Positions 62,963 to 64,000 of a stretch of DNA of 64,000 nt are shown in pieces. How positions within the stretch are numbered: position 1 is the stretch's first letter; each line of letters starts with the position of its first letter. This DNA comes from an uncultured Clostridia bacterium (GTDB taxonomy: Bacteria; Bacillota; Clostridia; Christensenellales; UBA1242). The translations under genes were made by a program, and so were the position numbers. A model generated the notes under the pieces. The model ran no database searches, had not been told where the DNA came from, and worked only from the letters and a program-made list of their open reading frames with translations. The stretch spans positions 1,690 to 65,689 of the forward strand of contig CAMMFF010000007.1 in the NCBI GenBank assembly GCA_946496065.1, read 5' to 3'.

Positions 62963-63731
62963 TTTCTTTTACCTCGTCTTTTTTTGTTTTGGTTCTGCCT
63001 TTTAATTTTTTATATATCAATTCAATTAATTTAAAAATTCCGAATTGTAACCAAAATAATATTACTGCTTGTGCAAAATAAGCTAAGAATGCATATAAAT
63101 GTTTTGAATAATTGAAAATAGACTGCAAGATTTCCAATCCAAATGGGTTTGACAAGAACATCATATTTGTTCCCAAAAAGTGATTTACAATTGCGGCAAT
63201 GGCAGTGAAAATTGTTACAAATGAAAAGTAGTATACAAAGTGAATAGCTTTAGGTTTATATTCTTTCAATATTAAACAAGAAGAATACAACATCAACCAA
63301 TGATATATGAGACTGTGTATTGAACCAGGGTGCCAAATGGGCAAAATCATCAAAGATGTTGATGGATAAAGAATGTAGCAAAGTGAAGGAAATAATCCTC
63401 CAAATACGACCATAACTTTTCCCAGTGTGGAAACATATTTGTTTTTTGCAAATACAAACCAAATAGTGAAAAGAAACATACTGCAAAAATATAAAGGTAT
63501 CCAAGCGTCTCCACTTTCATGTTTATAGATTCTTATTATAATTTTTACAATTTCAAGAACGGTGACTATGATGGCAATGGTCAATAATGCGACTTTTCTT
63601 TGCTTCTGATTTATTTTTCGAGTGAAAAACAAAACGAATGCAAGAGAAATAAAAAATATGGCTATCGCAAAAAAATGCCAAGGTGTATAAAGTCCACAGA
63701 TTTGATCTTCAGTAAAATTATCGTAAAACAT
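62949..63731 (-). CDS. polytopic membrane protein, paralogue 2
   Basis: ~7 TM; LEIVKI, IPLYFCSMF, YPS, HSLIYH; 14-nt overlap with paralogue 1. Confidence 0.65.
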   Translation of the reverse strand: MFYDNFTEDQICGLYTPWHFFAIAIFFISLAFVLFFTRKINQKQRKVALLTIAIIVTVLEIVKIIIRIYKHESGDAWIPLYFCSMFLFTIWFVFAKNKYVSTLGKVMVVFGGLFPSLCYILYPSTSLMILPIWHPGSIHSLIYHWLMLYSSCLILKEYKPKAIHFVYYFSFVTIFTAIAAIVNHFLGTNMMFLSNPFGLEILQSIFNYSKHLYAFLAYFAQAVILFWLQFGIFKLIELIYKKLKGRTKTKKDEVKENECI

Positions 63732-63861
63732 GATAATATCATTTTAAAAGATTAATTCTTTTAAAGTCAATAAAAATTAATGAGAATTATATATTTATCA
63801 ATCATGTTTTTTTGATTTTATCAGTTTTTGTTATATAATAATATAAATATGGAGAGATTTT

Positions 63862-64000
63862 GTGGAAGAAAAACAGAGATGTTATTTTGTGATTGATATG
63901 AAATCTTTTTTTGCTTCTGTTGAATGTGCAGAAAGGGGGCTTGATCCGCTTACAACAAGACTTGTTGTTGCAGATGAAAGTAGAGGAGAAAAGACCATTT
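63862..64000 (+). CDS. Y-family DNA polymerase (3' end outside window)
   Basis: GTG after GGAGAG; FVIDMKSFFASVECAERGLDP is the Y-family N-terminal catalytic motif. Confidence 0.75.
   Translation, partial: MEEKQRCYFVIDMKSFFASVECAERGLDPLTTRLVVADESRGEKTI

Noticed and set aside
63732-63861. SOS (Cheo/LexA) box upstream of the Y-family polymerase gene.
   Set aside because: No CGAAC-N4-GTTCG-like sequence is present in the spacer.
1-64000. Search for tRNA, rRNA, CRISPR arrays, IS elements and large direct repeats.
   Set aside because: No tRNA T-arm or anticodon-like cloverleaf candidates, no rRNA-like conserved blocks, no regularly spaced repeats and no transposase-like ORFs were seen by eye. 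A tRNAscan/Infernal/CRISPR-finder run would be needed for certainty.

Overview
Low-GC (roughly one-third G+C) Bacillota-type chromosome segment, standard genetic code. No rRNA, tRNA, CRISPR array, transposase or integrase was recognised.

Gene content, in order:
- 1-9.0 kb: distal part of the ribosomal-protein super-operon in the Clostridia-like order (rpsH-rplF-rplR-rpsE-rpmD-rplO-secY-adk-map-KOW-infA-rpmJ-rpsM-rpsK-rpsD-rpoA-rplQ).
- 9.3-23.6 kb: housekeeping genes (pnuC-like, murB, dCMP deaminase, dtd, PHP-whiA-dnaE-pfkA, patatin, ComEC-like MBL, tkt).
- 23.6-34.7 kb: patchy accessory stretch.
- 34.7-64 kb: housekeeping blocks syntenic with Bacillus subtilis (spoIIE..tilS; acpS..mazEF; rpoZ-priA-def-fmt-rlmN-rsgA-rpe).

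Most notable observations:
1. A compact six-ORF minus-strand cassette at 28.1-31.6 kb, with atypical codon choice and no match I can make to a named system. It encodes a DUF4417-like protein, a Zn-finger HNH nuclease with an apparent frameshift, a His-rich YD-like 106-aa protein, and two paralogous zinc-ribbon proteins.
2. A decaying region at 32.8-34.6 kb: a lipoprotein gene whose frame continues through two in-frame TAA codons to a strong terminator, an orphan SD followed by ATA, and an N-terminally frameshifted spoIIID-like gene.
3. A conserved GGGtGRT / NifU-like gene pair of unknown function.
4. Three ATACC-N4-GGTAT operators between two divergent HTH genes.
5. A Tyr T-box controlling a nucleoside-phosphorylase-family gene plus tyrS.
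6. A recurrent promoter geometry (extended -10 box 5-7 nt from the ATG, no SD) that implies frequent leaderless mRNAs.

All coordinates of non-ORF features were read by hand and may be off by 1-2 nt.
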